The notes under the pieces were generated by a model, which was given only the letters and a program-made list of their open reading frames with translations, did not search any database and had not been told where the DNA came from. Source: Guillardia theta CCMP2712 (lineage: Eukaryota; Protista; Cryptophyta). From it: a stretch of DNA of 64,000 nt. This document shows, one piece after another, positions 62,401-64,000 of the stretch. Every line of letters begins with the position of its first letter. Position 1 is the first letter of the stretch. Both the position numbers and the translations under genes were made by a program. The stretch is from NCBI RefSeq assembly GCF_000315625.1, contig NW_005434648.1, forward strand, positions 62,001-126,000, given 5' to 3'.

Positions 62401-64000
62401 GGGCTCGGGGATCTGCTCGGGCTCGGGGAGGACGGTGGAGAGGCAGGCGGGGGCTGGGGGAGGGAGGGACGAGGGCGGAGGAAGGAAGGAGCTTCGGAGG
62501 GGAGATACGGATCGAGCTGAAGATAGACGGAGGGGCGGTAGAGGCGGCGGCGGTAGAGGCGGCGATAGCAGAGCTAGCTACGAGCCTGGGGAGGCTGGAG
62601 GGGCAGGTAGAGGCAGGGCTGCAGGAGGCGAGGCGGCAGCGGGATCAGGACCGGGAGGAAGCAGCAAGGCGGGAAGGAGGAAGGGCGATGGCACATGCGG
62701 CGGCGGAGGCTCACGTGGGGAGCGTGTGGGAGGTCCTGGAAGAGTACAGAGAGAGCGTGAGGGAGCTGGAGGAGGAGCAGAAGGGGATGGAGGAGGAGAT
62801 GGGGAGGCTACGGGAGGAGCTGGCGAGGCTGGAAGCAGAGCGAGGCAGCGGGGGAGGAGGAGGAGGAGGAGGAGGAGGGAGGACAGGGGAGGCGAACCCG
62901 TTCGACGACCTACTGCTGGACTTTGGGGACAAGGAGGAGGCAGGGAGAAGCGCGGGAGGGCCGGAAGGGACGGAAGGGGGAGGAGGGGAGAGGGGGCTCG
63001 GGGATCTGCTCGGGCTCGGGGAGGACGGGGGAGGGGCAGGCGGGGGCTGGGGGAAGGGAGGGACGAGGGCGGAGGAAGGAAGGAGCTTCGGAGGGGAGAT
63101 ACGGATCGAGCTGAAGATAGACGGAGGGGCGGTAGAGGCGGCGGCGGTAGAGGCGGCGATAGCAGAGCTAGCTACGAGCCTGGGGAGGCTGGAGGGGCAG
63201 GTAGAGGCAGGGCTGCAGGAGGCGAGGCGAAAGACTGCACATTGCACGATCGTTGGTCAGGAGGAGACATCGGTCTTTTTGATCGAGCTGTGAAACTCTC
63301 TTGCCACGTAGCATCGTTGAGTGGACGGAACCTCTCGCGTCTCGAAGGTGCTCTTGATTCATTATCCTTTGCGGCCCTGACTTAACTGGCAGGTTGTTTG
63401 TCGTCACTTGTGCTGGATCTTGCGGGGCTGAGGTCTGAGATGAAAGCGAACGTGAATGAGGTAGCGGAGACTCTTTCTCTGCTCTTCTCGGACAACTTGA
63501 CCCTTGTCGACCTGCTCGAAAAGAGTGAAAGTTCCCTTGAGATCGCCCTCACAAAACTTGAAGACTCTTACAGGAAGCATCAGTCCGATGGTGGGTGCTG
63601 CTGCTGCTGCTGCTGCTTCTGATGTCACTGCAGGCATGTTTGATTCAGTTTCTGCGCTGTCCGTTACAGCCAAGCTTGAGGAGAGCGAGCCTGTCAGGTT
63701 GGAGGAGGGCAAGGGGGTCAGTGCGATCGAGGGGGAGGACGTGAACTGCTTGTGGAGCATGGACGAGGATCTTTCAAACCTTGAGAACAAGATGCTCGAC
63801 CTTCGCTTCGAGCACGAGTACTCAATGCAGCAGCTGCGGTCTCCCAACCCCAACGGCACTTCGGTCGCCTTCCCCTCTGTGGACGGGGAGGTTTCGCGGG
63901 TAGGGAGGAGGGAAAGCAGAGAGGAGGAGAGGAGGACGAGTCTCGACTTGGACGAGGATGATCACGCGGCAAGGCAAGTCATGGGCGCGATCGCGAGCAT
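59458..64000 (+). CDS. Large coiled-coil protein with ~200-aa internal repeats; runs off the window end and spans an assembly gap
   Basis: Long ORF from 59458 with heptad-rich segments; repeat units contain RLREELARLEAE and GEANPFDDLLLDFGD; further exons after 63230. Confidence 0.7.
60765..63230 (+). repeat. ~600-bp near-identical intragenic tandem repeat (at least 3-4 full or partial copies)
   Basis: The same sequence recurs at ~61230, ~62545 and ~63140, with a partial copy at 60765-60990. Confidence 0.9.
61560..62078. other. Assembly gap (run of N)
   Basis: Ns flanked on both sides by the ~600-bp repeat. Confidence 0.99.

Overview
Gene-dense eukaryotic nuclear DNA with many short (~45-55 nt) spliceosomal introns and purine-rich microsatellites. 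The style suggests a cryptophyte alga such as Guillardia theta (inference, no search run). It is not prokaryotic: no rRNA, tRNA, CRISPR array or intact mobile element was seen, and most short ORFs in the track are exon fragments or antisense shadows. Genes spliced by hand: a TrmO/TsaA tRNA methyltransferase fused to an S4-RluA/RluD pseudouridine synthase behind a possible signal peptide (top finding), a cNMP-domain protein, an Sfi1-like protein, a TPR protein, a SAM-domain membrane protein, DNAAF5/HEATR2, a FANCE-like protein, a K+-independent H+-pyrophosphatase, an OGFOD2-like oxygenase, a collagen-repeat Cys-rich protein, a PH-MORN protein, RsmB/Sun, a USP deubiquitinase, a plant-type trifunctional tRNA ligase (ligase-kinase-CPDase), an F-box/WD40 protein, and a large repetitive coiled-coil protein with NPF/DLL motifs spanning an assembly gap. 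Exon boundaries are manual and family assignments come from remembered motifs, so outer coordinates of weakly conserved genes are approximate.
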